Shown piece by piece: positions 30,752-32,000 of a stretch of DNA of 32,000 nt. The stretch lies in assembly GCF_001735745.1 (NCBI RefSeq), contig NZ_CP017260.1, forward strand, positions 990,001 to 1,022,000. The letters are read 5' to 3'. This stretch comes from Formosa sp. Hel1_33_131 (GTDB taxonomy: Bacteria > Bacteroidota > Bacteroidia > Flavobacteriales > Flavobacteriaceae). Made by a program: the position numbers and the translations under genes. Every line of letters begins with the position of its first letter. Position 1 is the first letter of the stretch. Below the pieces are notes generated by a model. It did no database searches. It was not told the origin of the DNA and saw only the letters and a list, made by a program, of their open reading frames with translations.

Positions 30752-32000
30752 TTGATATTAAACCCTAGTGCTTCGACCCGTATAGCGTTGTTTATTTTAA
30801 CCATTATCTGTTTTCAAACAGCTTCCCACACACAAACCTTAAATACAATTCGAAATGGTACACCAGGCTCAGGAGTATGGATGGGAAATAATGGATTAGC
30901 CCCATGGGTTTTGGGTAAGGGCGACGATTGTTATCGAATAACCACTTCAGACCAAGGTCAAGGTGGAGCAGTATGGTATAATCACCCGATCAATTTTAAT
31001 AATCCTTTCACGATTAGTTATCAAGCTTATTTTGGACTTAATCAAAGTGGTGGAGATGGTATGGCCCTTGTTTTTAAGAGTAATAACAATAATGAGTTAG
31101 GATCAACAGGTGAAGGTATAGGATATGGAGGAATTAGTCCTTCAATGATTTTTGAGTTTGACACCTATTGGAACAGCGGAAAAGGGGATCCTCGTCCTGA
31201 ACCTAATGAAGATCACGTCGCATTCAACTGGTGGGGAAATCCAAATCACAACACATCTGCAATATCAAGTGTTCAGTCTGTTCCAAATATTGAAGACGAC
31301 GCCTTCCATGAAGTTAAAGTGACGTGGGAACCAGCGCCTGTTAGTCGACTTAGGCTTTATTTAGATTGTGACCTAAAATTAAGTATTAATGGGTTGTATA
31401 TTCAAACTGGCGTTATGGGTGGAGATTATACCAATTATTATTTTGGTTTTACAGGCTCCACAGGGGCAAACACAAACGCACAATTTGTTTGCTTTAACAG
31501 TATTTCATTTGTTGATGGCCTTAATATACCAGATACCACCATTTGCGAGGGACAAACAGTAACATGGATAAACGCTTTAATCCCCTCTGGGACCTCCTAC
31601 AGTTGGAGTCCAACAACGGGCGTTAGCAACCCTAACATTTCAAATCCAACATTCACACCCACTACCACAACAACCTATACCGTTAGTATTAGCGATGTGT
31701 GTGGGGACGTCACAACTGAAGATGTTACAATCAACGTCAACCCAAATATAGTTCCTAGTTTTCTAGTTGATGTTGATCTTTTCTGTGTAGGAGATGCCAA
31801 CCCATTAAACAACACCTCTTTAGAAGGAATTACAGGCAGCTGGTCGCCTGCCTTTGACAATACAACTTCTGGAACCTATACATTTACACCAACTGCAGGA
31901 CAATGCGCAACTACAGCAACAAAAACCATCACAGTCAATCCGTTTATTGACTCTAACTTTAATACTGTTGCCGACATTTGTGATGGCGACCCTTTAGCAC
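30752..32000 (+). CDS. third lectin-headed surface protein (L-type lectin head, Ig-like domain, at least 2 two-Cys repeats); the 3' end lies outside the window
   Basis: It is missing from the ORF track because no stop falls in the window. I translated frame 2 by hand from the TTG at 30752; a TAA at 30740-30742 closes the frame upstream. The product reads (M)ILNPSASTRIALFILTIICFQTASHTQ...GGDGMALVFKS...MIFEFDTYWN...EDHVAFNW...YFGFTGSTGA...ICEGQTVTW...YSWSPTTGVSNP...FCVGDANPLNNTSLEGITGSWSPAFDNTTSGTYTFTPTAGQCA. It stays open for 416 codons to the window end. Confidence 0.75.
   Translation, partial: MILNPSASTRIALFILTIICFQTASHTQTLNTIRNGTPGSGVWMGNNGLAPWVLGKGDDCYRITTSDQGQGGAVWYNHPINFNNPFTISYQAYFGLNQSGGDGMALVFKSNNNNELGSTGEGIGYGGISPSMIFEFDTYWNSGKGDPRPEPNEDHVAFNWWGNPNHNTSAISSVQSVPNIEDDAFHEVKVTWEPAPVSRLRLYLDCDLKLSINGLYIQTGVMGGDYTNYYFGFTGSTGANTNAQFVCFNSISFVDGLNIPDTTICEGQTVTWINALIPSGTSYSWSPTTGVSNPNISNPTFTPTTTTTYTVSISDVCGDVTTEDVTINVNPNIVPSFLVDVDLFCVGDANPLNNTSLEGITGSWSPAFDNTTSGTYTFTPTAGQCATTATKTITVNPFIDSNFNTVADICDGDPLA
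30833..31510 (+). other. L-type (legume-lectin-like) lectin domain, diverged paralogue of 28041-28670
   Basis: It has the same four hallmark motifs in the same order: GGDGMALVF, MIFEFDTYWN, EDHVAFNWWG and YFGFTGSTGA. Confidence 0.65.

Overview
This looks like a Flavobacteriia (Bacteroidota) chromosome segment. The support is several TAnnTTTG -7 promoter boxes, T9SS type-B C-terminal sorting domains, a TPP-riboswitch-controlled TonB-dependent receptor and a three-gene b558-type succinate dehydrogenase. Positions 1 to about 24,760 are densely packed core genes: histidine-kinase tail, HIT, greA, a lipoprotein, a TonB receptor, a translationally coupled MTH1187-like/pnuC/NadR-type kinase/DUF4301-like operon, a PPTase, ahcY, a GNAT, rpmA-rplU, an M16 peptidase pair, an EamA transporter, an HMA metal-binding lipoprotein, pepP, sdhCAB, an Ig-like lipoprotein, comF and glyQS. 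Positions from about 24,600 to 32,000 are the accessory part. Directly after glyQS lies a 383-bp tandem duplication scar: a truncated adhesin 5' end followed by a diverged, stop-containing copy of the glyQS 3' end. After it come three same-strand genes for large T9SS-secreted surface proteins. They carry different lectin-type heads (one Cys-less C-type-lectin-like with EPN/WND motifs, two L-type/legume-lectin-like) on a shared stalk of ~65-aa two-cysteine repeats. Two of these genes share a 453-nt nearly identical tract with sharp borders, which suggests gene conversion. I saw no tRNA, rRNA, CRISPR array, transposase or integrase. All similarity statements come from motif recognition and by-eye alignment, not from database searches.
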